DNA of 62,360 bases, counting the filler. It is 7 parts of 7 records of this genome, joined end to end, with 100 filler letters (N's around TTAATTAATTAA, not from the genome) between each part and the next. Parts side by side here need not be neighbours in the genome. Positions count along the whole stretch, not along the records: positions 7,750 to 14,491 come from SRR31156797_26991; positions 14,592 to 22,246 come from SRR31156797_27008; 5 more parts are not named here. One strand, 5' to 3'. Below, piece by piece: positions 9,616 through 18,002 of the stretch (position 1 is its first letter; every line of letters begins with the position of its first letter). The position numbers were made by a program, and so were the translations under genes. The notes beneath the pieces are model-generated. The model was not told where the DNA came from. It ran no database searches and worked only from the letters and a program-made list of their open reading frames with translations.

Positions 9616-10083
9616 ATGAGTACACTGGAAGGATACAAAATACTGATTGCAGATGACGATCAGGAAATCAAAGCGACTCTTCGCCAGGGGTTCCTCTCGC
9701 AGGGAATGGATGTGTTCGAAGCATCCACCAGTGATGAACTCATGACCATGGCAATCGAACAACGCTTCGATGTAATCATTATTAATAACATGATGCTCGG
9801 TGCACCGGGCGTAGATACGATTCGTGCAATCCGTACCATTCATGCAGATCAGCGCGTTGTGGTTCTGACGTCATGCCAGGAAGGCTGCTGCAAAAAAGTT
9901 TCTCCGAATCTCGACATCGCTAACTTCCTGGTCAAACCCGTGACGTGGAAGCAGATTCTTCATGCCGTCTCGGATGAACTCGGTCATGAGGAAGTCTCGC
10001 TCGACCCGTTTGATCACTACCATGACTTCGACAGCCAGTTGAAATGCAAGTGTGAAGGAAACTGCGAACAATCGCCGGTATAA
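9616..10083 (+). CDS. Single-domain receiver protein (copy 2), aspartate-less, with Cys/His-rich C-terminus
   Basis: ILIADDD, FDVIIIN (Asn at the phospho-site), VLTS, FLVKP; tail HYH…CKCEGNC; start aligned with copy 1. Confidence 0.85.
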   Translation: MSTLEGYKILIADDDQEIKATLRQGFLSQGMDVFEASTSDELMTMAIEQRFDVIIINNMMLGAPGVDTIRAIRTIHADQRVVVLTSCQEGCCKKVSPNLDIANFLVKPVTWKQILHAVSDELGHEEVSLDPFDHYHDFDSQLKCKCEGNCEQSPV

Positions 10084-10145
10084 CCGGAAACGGTTCGCAG
10101 TGTAGTTCGTATTCAGTCTAGTGGTCAGAACCGCCTCACCAGACC

Positions 10146-11240
10146 TCAGGACAGGCTCAACGGCATCACGACATACAGGAAGTCCTCACCGGATCGCAGA
10201 ATGCCCGGCTTGTCCGATTCCTTGATTTCAAACACGATCGTATCCGAGCCAACCACCTTCAGAACATCCTGCAGGAAGACCGGGTTGAACCCGACGGCGA
10301 CTTCATCATCGCTGTAAGCAGCCAGCATCTTGACTTCCGCTTCGCCCTGTTCGGCGGATCGACTGCTCAGAACCAGCTCACCTTCGCGGAACAGCATCTT
10401 CACGCTGCGGGAATCATCATCGGTCAGCAGGGCCGCCTGGCGAATCGCACTGAGAAACTCTCCGGTATTCAGCTCGGCACGCTTATCGTAATCCTGCGGA
10501 ACGACGACGTTGTAATCCGGGAACTTGCCTTCCACCAGCGAGGTTCCGACGGTCGCCTTCGCGGTCCGGAAGATCGCCTGGTTCGACGTCAGGTTCATCC
10601 CGACAGCTGCATCCGATTCGCTGATCACGCGAAGCACCAGCTGAATCGCCTTGACCGGCAGAATCGCCGAAGCTTCTTCCTTGCCGCCCTGGACCAGCCC
10701 TTCAGCCTTGGCCAGCCGACGCCCATCCGTTCCGACCATGATCAGCCGGTCGCCCTTCTTCTCCCAAAGAACGCCGTTGATCGCATAACGGGTATTCTCC
10801 CGGGCAGCGGCAAACACAGTACGCTCACAAAGCTGGTGTAGCACGGGCGTATCAATCGTGAAGTCCGCATCCCCCTCCATGTCTGGAACAGGCGGATACT
10901 CGTCCGCGTTCTGCAGATAAATCTGGAAGTGACTGCTCTGTCCGCGAACGTGGCACGCATTCTCGATGGTCTCCAGTTCGAGGATGCCTTCGGTGCTTTC
11001 TTTGACAATCTGGTTCAGCTTGTCAGCTGAGAGCAGCACACTGCCCTGACGATCCACCTCGACCTGCGTAACGACACAGCGAAGACTGATCTCCTGATCG
11101 GTCGCCTTGAGCACGCAATAGTCCTCATGGGCTTCCAGTAGCGTACACTGAAGAATCGGCTTCGGGGTACGGGCGGATGCGACACTGCCTACGGCAGCAA
11201 GAGCATCGGCAAACTCGGATCGATTCACTCGAATTTTCAT
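10146..11240 (-). CDS. dnaN: DNA polymerase III beta sliding clamp
   Basis: ATDQEI, RYAINGV, GTDGRRLA, EGKFPDY, GFNP.FL, YVVMP; downstream of dnaA. Confidence 0.97.
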   Translation of the reverse strand: MKIRVNRSEFADALAAVGSVASARTPKPILQCTLLEAHEDYCVLKATDQEISLRCVVTQVEVDRQGSVLLSADKLNQIVKESTEGILELETIENACHVRGQSSHFQIYLQNADEYPPVPDMEGDADFTIDTPVLHQLCERTVFAAARENTRYAINGVLWEKKGDRLIMVGTDGRRLAKAEGLVQGGKEEASAILPVKAIQLVLRVISESDAAVGMNLTSNQAIFRTAKATVGTSLVEGKFPDYNVVVPQDYDKRAELNTGEFLSAIRQAALLTDDDSRSVKMLFREGELVLSSRSAEQGEAEVKMLAAYSDDEVAVGFNPVFLQDVLKVVGSDTIVFEIKESDKPGILRSGEDFLYVVMPLSLS

Positions 11241-11280
11241 GGCTTGTGTCCTGGTGTCTCCGCTTTCTCTGTGAGCTCGA

Positions 11281-11535
11281 GTATATACTAATAAAAGAAT
11301 ATAAATTCTCTTATTACTACCTATATCTTGTGATTCCTGTCATCAACTTTTGTGAATAAAACGTAAAGTTCGAGTATAGCCGGATTTGCAGAATCAGCCA
11401 GAGGGGGTTCGCCCGTGAATTCACTTGTGCCCCACTACTCGAAATATGCGACTGCTTTTTGTTCATCACTGTTATCAGTACTGAAATCGTCGTTTTACCC
11501 CCGCTTTATTCACACAAATCATCGGGTTATCCACA
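11281..11535. promoter_or_regulatory. Probable replication origin part 1 (dnaA-dnaN interval): DnaA boxes plus AT-rich unwinding element
   Basis: TTATCCACA 11527-11535, TTATTCACA 11506-11514, TTATTCACA on minus strand 11351-11359; AT-rich tract at about 11281-11326. Confidence 0.8.
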
Positions 11536-11547
11536 GCTTCTGTTAAT

Positions 11548-12870
11548 TCATCGAGAGCCACGGAGATTCTCCCAGATTCCCTCAACAGCCCGCTTTAACT
11601 CGGGCTCTTGATCCAGAAGATTCGGAATTAACTTCACCGCGTGAACCACTGTCGAATGATCCCGACCTCCGAAGTACCCGCCGATTTCTTCAAGACTCAG
11701 ATCGGTCAGTTCGCGGGCCAGGTACATGCAGACCTGCCGCGGACGGGTAATGGTTTTATTCCGTTTTTTCCCCTGAAGTTCCGTTCGCTTGATGTTATAC
11801 CAGCTCGTCACCGCCTGGAAAATATCCTCAATGGTGATCATCGACGATTTGTCCGCGTAGCCGAGCGCGTCATAAGCCAGCTTCAGATCGATCCGACCTC
11901 CATCGACCTGGCTTCGAAGGTCAATCTGGGTAAGCGCGCCTTCCAGTTCACGGATATTGCTGTCCACCTTGGAAGCAATGAACTGCACAACCTCTTCGGA
12001 AAGAGAGATGCAGCGGAGCTTGGCCTTCCGTCGGATAATGGCCATTCGTGTTTCGAAGCAGGGGGGATCCATCTGAACTACGAGACCCGAGTTGAATCGG
12101 CTCACGAGGCGGTCCTCCAGGCTTGGAATCTGAGATGGAGGACTGTCAGAGGATAAAATAATCTGTCTCTGGCTTTGATATAACGTGTTAAATGTGTGAA
12201 AAAATTCTTCCTGGCTTCGTTCCCGCTCGGCCAGGAACTGGATATCGTCAATGACCAGCATATCCACGTGTCGATACTGGTGGCGGAACAGGTTCAACGC
12301 ACCCCGTTCGACGGCTTCCAGGAAGTGATTCACAAACGTTTCACATGAAATATACAGGATGTTCGCTGACGGATTCTTCTCCAGAACCTTATGGCAGATC
12401 GCCTGAAGCAGGTGTGTCTTACCTAAACCCACACCTCCATGAGCAAAGAGGGGATTATATGCAGTTCCCGGAGAATCGGCTGTGGCTACTGCAGCTGCAT
12501 TCGCCAGACGGTTGCAGGGGCCAATGATGAAATTGTCGAATGTATAATCTTTCTGAAGAACGATTTTTTCATCCGCTGCGAAGCCTGGCACTTTGCCATA
12601 CTCATCAGCAATTTCTTCCTCATTCTGAGAGATAAACTGAAACGTGATGAATCGCTGAAGTGCCGCCTGGGCAGCTTCGGAAAAAGCCCGGGCACAGTCT
12701 TCCTGGAGATAACGCTGCTGAGCTGGATTCCGGGCATACACCACCATCGTCCCCGAGTCGAGCTCTCCGGGCTCGAGCTGGACAAACCAGCCGCGAACAA
12801 GGTCAGGCTGATCCACGCGAAGGAATCCAAGAATGTCTTCCCACAGTTCTTTGATATTCGGTCTGCTCAT
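11548..12870 (-). CDS. dnaA: Chromosomal replication initiator DnaA
   Basis: YTFDNF, YNPLF, GGVGLGKTHLL, IDDIQF, QEEFFHTFN, NIRELEGAL, GGRDHSTV. Confidence 0.98.
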   Translation of the reverse strand: MSRPNIKELWEDILGFLRVDQPDLVRGWFVQLEPGELDSGTMVVYARNPAQQRYLQEDCARAFSEAAQAALQRFITFQFISQNEEEIADEYGKVPGFAADEKIVLQKDYTFDNFIIGPCNRLANAAAVATADSPGTAYNPLFAHGGVGLGKTHLLQAICHKVLEKNPSANILYISCETFVNHFLEAVERGALNLFRHQYRHVDMLVIDDIQFLAERERSQEEFFHTFNTLYQSQRQIILSSDSPPSQIPSLEDRLVSRFNSGLVVQMDPPCFETRMAIIRRKAKLRCISLSEEVVQFIASKVDSNIRELEGALTQIDLRSQVDGGRIDLKLAYDALGYADKSSMITIEDIFQAVTSWYNIKRTELQGKKRNKTITRPRQVCMYLARELTDLSLEEIGGYFGGRDHSTVVHAVKLIPNLLDQEPELKRAVEGIWENLRGSR

Positions 12871-12996
12871 GTGAAATTATGATGCAAATGGACACGTAAT
12901 GTGTCCATAACTAGCTTTCTGAAAATAAGTTATAGCGTTACATCATACGATGTGAATCGTGTCGGTCAACCGACCATTCTACCGTGGTTCTGCAGG

Positions 12997-13082
12997 TTTT
13001 CCACATGTGAAATCCTTTTTTGTGCTTAACGGTTGAGCAGGAAAGAAGATCGTTTTCCACAATTGGTTTTCACTTTTCCACG
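12997..13082. promoter_or_regulatory. DnaA-box cluster upstream of dnaA (oriC part 2 and/or dnaA autoregulation)
   Basis: TTTTCCACA 12997-13005 and 13053-13061, TTTTCCACG 13074-13082, degenerate TTAAGCACA on minus strand 13021-13029. Confidence 0.7.
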
Positions 13083-13100
13083 GATACAATGGTGGGTGTC

Positions 13101-13871
13101 ATGACGACAATGGAAGAACCATCTTCTTCACTCGACTGGCTGGACGACATCATCGAAGAAATCCTCTCGACCAGCGAGCTTCACAAGTGTCCATACCTCT
13201 CGGACAAACAGGCCGCCAGTGCCGGTTTCTGCGTGGGCGAGGGGGGAATGCGTCCTGAGATCTACCGGTTTCTGATGGATCGGGGCTTCCGCCGCAGCGG
13301 GGGAGTCTTCTATCGACCCCAGTGTCCTGACTGCAGAGCATGCGTGCCAATTCGGATTCCTGTCGCAACATTTCAGCCGAGTCGGTCCATGAGGCGGACC
13401 ATCCGGAAGAATCTGGATCTGACATTCGAAGTGATTCCTGCCGAACCCACCGATGAGAAGTACCAGATCTATGTGAAATACCTGGAAGCTAAGCACAATG
13501 GCTCCATGGAAGGAACAACGGAAGAATTCGAAAGATTCTTGTATGACCGATCTCTCCCGGTGCTGGAATGCATCTACCGCCTGCAGGATCGCATTGTCGG
13601 TGTCAGCGTTCTTGATGTCTGCCCGGACGCATTCAGCTCAATTTACATGTACTACGATCCGGAGTTTTCCAGGCGAAGCCTTGGAACATTCTCGATTCTC
13701 AACGAAATCCAGTATTGCAGGGACAGCGGTATCAGCTTCTACTATCTCGGATACTATGTAGAACAGGCCCGCACGATGACGTATAAGGCGGACTTTCAAC
13801 CGGCAGAGTTTCTGCATCCGGACTTTACCTGGCGCAACGAACACCCGGATCTGTCGCAACCTGAATCATGA
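13101..13871 (+). CDS. ATE1/Bpt-family aminoacyl-tRNA:protein transferase (N-degron pathway)
   Basis: CPYL, GFRRSG, YRPQCPDCRACVPIR, YYDP…SLGTFSIL, YYLGYYV…M.YK; start uncertain (13089, 13101 or 13110). Confidence 0.9.
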   Translation: MTTMEEPSSSLDWLDDIIEEILSTSELHKCPYLSDKQAASAGFCVGEGGMRPEIYRFLMDRGFRRSGGVFYRPQCPDCRACVPIRIPVATFQPSRSMRRTIRKNLDLTFEVIPAEPTDEKYQIYVKYLEAKHNGSMEGTTEEFERFLYDRSLPVLECIYRLQDRIVGVSVLDVCPDAFSSIYMYYDPEFSRRSLGTFSILNEIQYCRDSGISFYYLGYYVEQARTMTYKADFQPAEFLHPDFTWRNEHPDLSQPES

Positions 13872-14491
13872 AGCTGGAACCCGAGACCATCAAACGCATT
13901 CTCCTGGTCAAACCCAGTTCCCTGGGGGATGTAGTTCATGCGCTGCCAGTACTGCATGGACTCCGCAAGCATTTCCCGGATGCCCATATTGCCTGGCTGG
14001 TCGGTTCAGCGTTTGCGCCGCTTCTCAAGGGCCACCCGGAGATCGACGAACTCATCGAGTTTGATCGAAACCGCTTCGCCCACGCCTGGTATCAGCCGGG
14101 CGCATTCCTGGATACCGTTCGTTTTCTGCGAGGATTAAAGAAACGACACTTCGATCTGGTCATCGATCTCCAGGGACTGCTCCGAAGCGGAATCATGACC
14201 GGTGCTACCCGCGCTCCGGTTCGAATCGGTTTTCGAAGAGCCCGTGAAGGCGCCCCCTGGTTTTACAATCACTTCATTGAGACGCCGGATATTGATGCCC
14301 ATGCGGTAAAAAAGAACTTTCTTGTTGCCACTATGCTGGGATTTGAGCGACAGGGAATCCGATTCAACCTCAATGTCACCGAACACGAGCGGAAGCGGGT
14401 TCGAACACTTCTTGCAGACGAAGGAATTGAGCTCGAAGCTCCGTTTGTCGCGGTTCTTCCAGGAGCCCGATGGGAAACCAAGCTCTGGCAA
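13868..14491 (+). CDS. GT9 lipopolysaccharide heptosyltransferase (WaaC/WaaF-like), 3' end truncated
   Basis: RILLVKPSSLGDVVHALP, FDLVIDLQGLLRS, PGARWETK.W. Confidence 0.9.
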
Positions 14492-14591
14492 NNNNNNNNN
14501 NNNNNNNNNNNNNNNNNNNNNNNNNNNNNNNNNNNTTAATTAATTAANNNNNNNNNNNNNNNNNNNNNNNNNNNNNNNNNNNNNNNNNNNN
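14492..14591. other. Artificial contig spacer
   Basis: 44 N + TTAATTAATTAA + 44 N. Confidence 0.99.
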
Positions 14592-14592
14592 G

Positions 14593-14841
14593 ATTGGTTT
14601 CCTGACCGGCAAGGGATTGGTCGCCGGCATGCAGATGGTCAAGCCCGGAACGACGCAGGGCGATGCTGCGACGGCGTTGAAGATCAACGAGGCCTGTTTT
14701 CGGCAGGGGCTGCTCATGTTTGCCCCGGTGGGTGTCGGTGGGATCTGTATCAAGATCTGTCCGCCCCTGTGTACGCCCCAGGACGCTCTGGAGGAAGGGA
14801 TCGGCGTGCTGGAGAAAGTTTGTGACGAGGTGCTGGGCTGA
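14593..14841 (+). CDS. C-terminal fragment of a class III PLP aminotransferase
   Basis: G.GLVAGM…ACFRQGLL…IKICPPL…LEEG matches the class III small-domain pattern; 5' end cut. Confidence 0.7.
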   Translation: MGFLTGKGLVAGMQMVKPGTTQGDAATALKINEACFRQGLLMFAPVGVGGICIKICPPLCTPQDALEEGIGVLEKVCDEVLG

Positions 14842-14899
14842 TTGGCCTCGGCCATCGTCTGCAACAATTTCTCGGCCGGGATGGACTTGGAGGTAGATC

Positions 14900-16741
14900 A
14901 TGAGATTGACGTGTGGGTTCGTTGTCGTATGTGCCATGGTCTGTCTTAGCGTGACCGTCACGGCCGGCGAAGATGTTCTATCAACCCTGGAGACGGGCCA
15001 TCCGAGACTGATGTTGAACGACCAGGATCTGGGACGCTTGCGGGCCAGTTATCCCGAGGACGAAGCCCTGCAAAAATGCTGGCAGGACGTTCGCGCCGAT
15101 GCCGATCGTTGCCTCCAGCGAGATCCTCTTGTCTACAAGAAGGTCGGGCCACGGCTGCTGAGCGTCAGTCGCGACTGCCTGCATCGTATCTACGCGCTGG
15201 CGCTGGCCTACCGTTGGACGGGCGAAGCGCGCTACGCCGCGAAAGCCAAAGCGAATCTGCTGGAGGTCTGTGCCTTCAAGGACTGGAATCCTTCGCATTT
15301 TCTGGATACGGCCGAGATGTCCCACGCGGTCGGGATTGGTTATGATTGGCTCTACGATTATCTCGATGCCGATACCCGCCGGACGATTGTCACGGCGCTG
15401 ATCGAGAAGGGGCTCAAGCCGGGCCTGAAAGTGTATGAGAAGGGTAGCGGGTGGCCCACGAGCACGCACAACTGGAATCAGGTCTGCAACGGAGGGATGA
15501 TTGTTGGTGCCTTGGCCATTGCGGATATCGAACCCAGCTATGCGAAGCGGATTATCCCGGCGGCGGTCAAGTCCTTGCCGCGTGCGCTGAAGAACTACGG
15601 CCCCGACGGCGCCTGGGGCGAGGGACCGGGCTACTGGCACTACGCGACGCGCTACACGGCCTATGGGCTGACGGCCTTGCAGACCGCCTTGGGCAATACC
15701 TTTGGGTTGCTTGACATCGAAGGCCTCTCCAAGGCCGGTTCCTTTCCGGTCTACACGACCGGGCCAACCGGACTGTATCTGAACTTTGCGGATGTGGGGC
15801 AGCGCAGCGCGCGGCGACCGATGGCCTGCATGTTCTGGCTGGCACGGACGTTCCACAACCCGTTGTATGCGTATGCCGAGCACGAGGCGATTGCCAAGCG
15901 ATCGGCCAATGCCGGCCACCTCATCTGGTATGCGGCGCGCCCGCCCGCCCGGGCCGCACGCAGGCAACTCGACAAGTATTTCGGTGGTTCCGTGGAGGTG
16001 GCGCTGTTCCGCAGCGCGTGGGATGACCCTAACGCGCTTTTTGTCGGAATCAAGGCTGGGTACAACCAGGTCAATCACGGCCATCTCGATCTTGGCAATT
16101 TCGAGATGGATGCCCTGGGCGTCCGCTGGGTCCGCGATTTGGGAGCCGACAACTACAATCTGCCTGGCTATTGGAGCGGAGGACGAGGGGGCACGCGCTG
16201 GGCCTACTACCGCCTTAACTCGGCCAGCCACAGTATCTGCATGCTGGGTGGCGAGAGCCAGGACCCGCTGGCCAAGTCTACCTTTGTTGCCAAGAAGCTC
16301 AACGGCGCCAATCCGGCTGCGGTCGTGGAGTTGACCGAGGCCTATGCGAAGTTCGCTCGTTCGGCCCGGCGTGGCCTTGCGCTGGTCGGAGGCAGGCGTG
16401 GCGTCCTGGTGCAGGACGAGTTCAAGATGAAAGCCTCCAGTGACATCCTCTGGGGCCTGACAACCGACGCCGAGATCGACATCCAAGCAGACGGCATTGC
16501 CGAGCTGAGCCTGGGTGGCAAGAAACTCCTGGCTCGGATCCTGGCGCCGGCGGCTGCCTCCTTTGCCGTAGAATCGGCCGAGCAGGCGCCGCCGCAGAGA
16601 GCGAACAAGGGGGTCAGACGTTTGGTCATTCGGTTGGCCCAGGCCGAGGGGGATGTGCGGGTGGCGGTGCTGTTGTCGCCGGTCTGGTCGGATGGCGAGT
16701 CGATCGGCAGTGCCGATGTCAAGCCGCTGGCCCAGTGGTGA
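14900..16741 (+). CDS. Secreted heparinase II/III-family polysaccharide lyase-like protein
   Basis: Signal peptide, HPRL, WNPSHFLDTAEM, NWNQVCNGG, EGPGYW.Y, NHGHLDLGNF. Confidence 0.85.
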   Translation: MRLTCGFVVVCAMVCLSVTVTAGEDVLSTLETGHPRLMLNDQDLGRLRASYPEDEALQKCWQDVRADADRCLQRDPLVYKKVGPRLLSVSRDCLHRIYALALAYRWTGEARYAAKAKANLLEVCAFKDWNPSHFLDTAEMSHAVGIGYDWLYDYLDADTRRTIVTALIEKGLKPGLKVYEKGSGWPTSTHNWNQVCNGGMIVGALAIADIEPSYAKRIIPAAVKSLPRALKNYGPDGAWGEGPGYWHYATRYTAYGLTALQTALGNTFGLLDIEGLSKAGSFPVYTTGPTGLYLNFADVGQRSARRPMACMFWLARTFHNPLYAYAEHEAIAKRSANAGHLIWYAARPPARAARRQLDKYFGGSVEVALFRSAWDDPNALFVGIKAGYNQVNHGHLDLGNFEMDALGVRWVRDLGADNYNLPGYWSGGRGGTRWAYYRLNSASHSICMLGGESQDPLAKSTFVAKKLNGANPAAVVELTEAYAKFARSARRGLALVGGRRGVLVQDEFKMKASSDILWGLTTDAEIDIQADGIAELSLGGKKLLARILAPAAASFAVESAEQAPPQRANKGVRRLVIRLAQAEGDVRVAVLLSPVWSDGESIGSADVKPLAQW

Positions 16742-16787
16742 AATTGGAACGAGCCTGATGATGTCTGGTTCAAGGCAAGGAGACAAA

Positions 16788-17984
16788 ATGATGTGTCGAC
16801 GAGCACTCGATAGTCTGTTGCTGGCGGTTATTGTAGGGACGATGTGGGTGGGGGCCGTTCGCGCCCAGCAAAGCGATGAGCCGGAGCTTTGCGTCGGTAA
16901 CTACCAGAGCGAAGAGGAGGGCAAGGCGCAGTTGGCGCGCTTCGCCGAAACGTACTCGACGCAATCCGAATGGCAGGAGCGGGCTCGCGGCATTCGGGAG
17001 GGAATTCTTCGCGGTACGGGGCTATGGCCCTTGCCCAAGAAGTGTGCACTGAATCCGGTCGTTCGCAGCAAACGACAATACAACGGCTACACGGTCGAGA
17101 ACGTGGGTATCGAAAGTCTGCCCGGAGTCTTTGTCACCGGCAGCCTATACAAGCCGACCGCGGCCGGTGGAATACTTCCTGCCATTCTGTGTCCGCATGG
17201 GCACTGGGGCAGCGCGGATGACTACGGGCGTTTTCGGCCCGATATGCAGAAGCGCTGTGCGACCCTGGCGCGAATGGGCGCGATCGTGCTGTCCTACGAC
17301 ATGGTCGGCTACGGCGACTGGAAGAACGCCGGCTGGGAACATCGGCGGCCTGGCGTGCTGAAGTTGCAGCTCTGGAACAGCATTCGGCTGGTCGACTACC
17401 TCACGTCGCGGACGGACGTGGATCCGACGCGCCTGGCCATCACCGGGGCTTCGGGAGGCGGGACGCAGACCTTCCTGCTGACCGCGGTCGACGATCGCAT
17501 CGCCGTGTCCGTTCCGACGGTGATGGTCTCGGCCCATTTCTTTGGGGGCTGCGTTTGCGAGAGTGGGATGCCCGTCCACAAGAGCAAGCGGCACGAAACG
17601 AATAACACCGACATTGCGGCCGCGGCAGCGCCCAGGCCGCAACTGGTCATTTCCGACGGGGACGACTGGACGAAGAATGTCCCGCAAGTCGAGTATCCGT
17701 ACATCCGCAACGTCTATCGCTTGTTCGGCGCTGAATCGCAGGTGGAGAGCTGGCATCTGGCGGACGAGGGGCATGACTACGGCTGGTCCAAGCGGATCGG
17801 GGCCTACAAATTTCTCGCCAAGCATCTGGGACTGTGCCTGTCCGATGTTATCGATCAAGAAGGACGCATCGACGAAACCCCGGTCGTGATCGAGAAGACG
17901 GAAGCCCTCTACGTCTTCGGCCCCGGTCACGCCAGGCCCGCCCGTGCGGTAGCACCCGATGCGCCGTTGCCCTGGGATTGGTAG
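16788..17984 (+). CDS. Secreted alpha/beta-hydrolase (acetylxylan esterase-like)
   Basis: Signal peptide, LCPHGH, GASGGG nucleophile elbow, GCVCESG, GHDYG; GGAG RBS before ATG 16788. Confidence 0.85.
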   Translation: MMCRRALDSLLLAVIVGTMWVGAVRAQQSDEPELCVGNYQSEEEGKAQLARFAETYSTQSEWQERARGIREGILRGTGLWPLPKKCALNPVVRSKRQYNGYTVENVGIESLPGVFVTGSLYKPTAAGGILPAILCPHGHWGSADDYGRFRPDMQKRCATLARMGAIVLSYDMVGYGDWKNAGWEHRRPGVLKLQLWNSIRLVDYLTSRTDVDPTRLAITGASGGGTQTFLLTAVDDRIAVSVPTVMVSAHFFGGCVCESGMPVHKSKRHETNNTDIAAAAAPRPQLVISDGDDWTKNVPQVEYPYIRNVYRLFGAESQVESWHLADEGHDYGWSKRIGAYKFLAKHLGLCLSDVIDQEGRIDETPVVIEKTEALYVFGPGHARPARAVAPDAPLPWDW

Positions 17985-18002
17985 CCCGCCAGGATCGGCG
18001 TC

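Noticed and set aside
7845-10083. Calling these genes cheB and cheY of a chemotaxis operon
   Set aside because: No CheA, CheW, CheR or MCP in the contig, and the motifs diverge from the consensus; gene symbols withheld
13020-13100. Extended N-termini in the ORF track (also at 8966, 9571, 16653, 20425, 26172, 40265, 44040, 44105, 54761)
   Set aside because: They overlap neighbouring genes or regulatory DNA; downstream starts fit RBS position and family alignment better
13868-14841. Functional links across spacers (for example heptosyltransferase with aminotransferase, S41 with yejF, nudC with aroC, mtaD-like with mtnN)
   Set aside because: The genes are on different contigs, probably from different organisms
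14981-16786. 601-aa antisense ORF
   Set aside because: Shadow of the heparinase-like gene in high-GC DNA; no recognisable motifs
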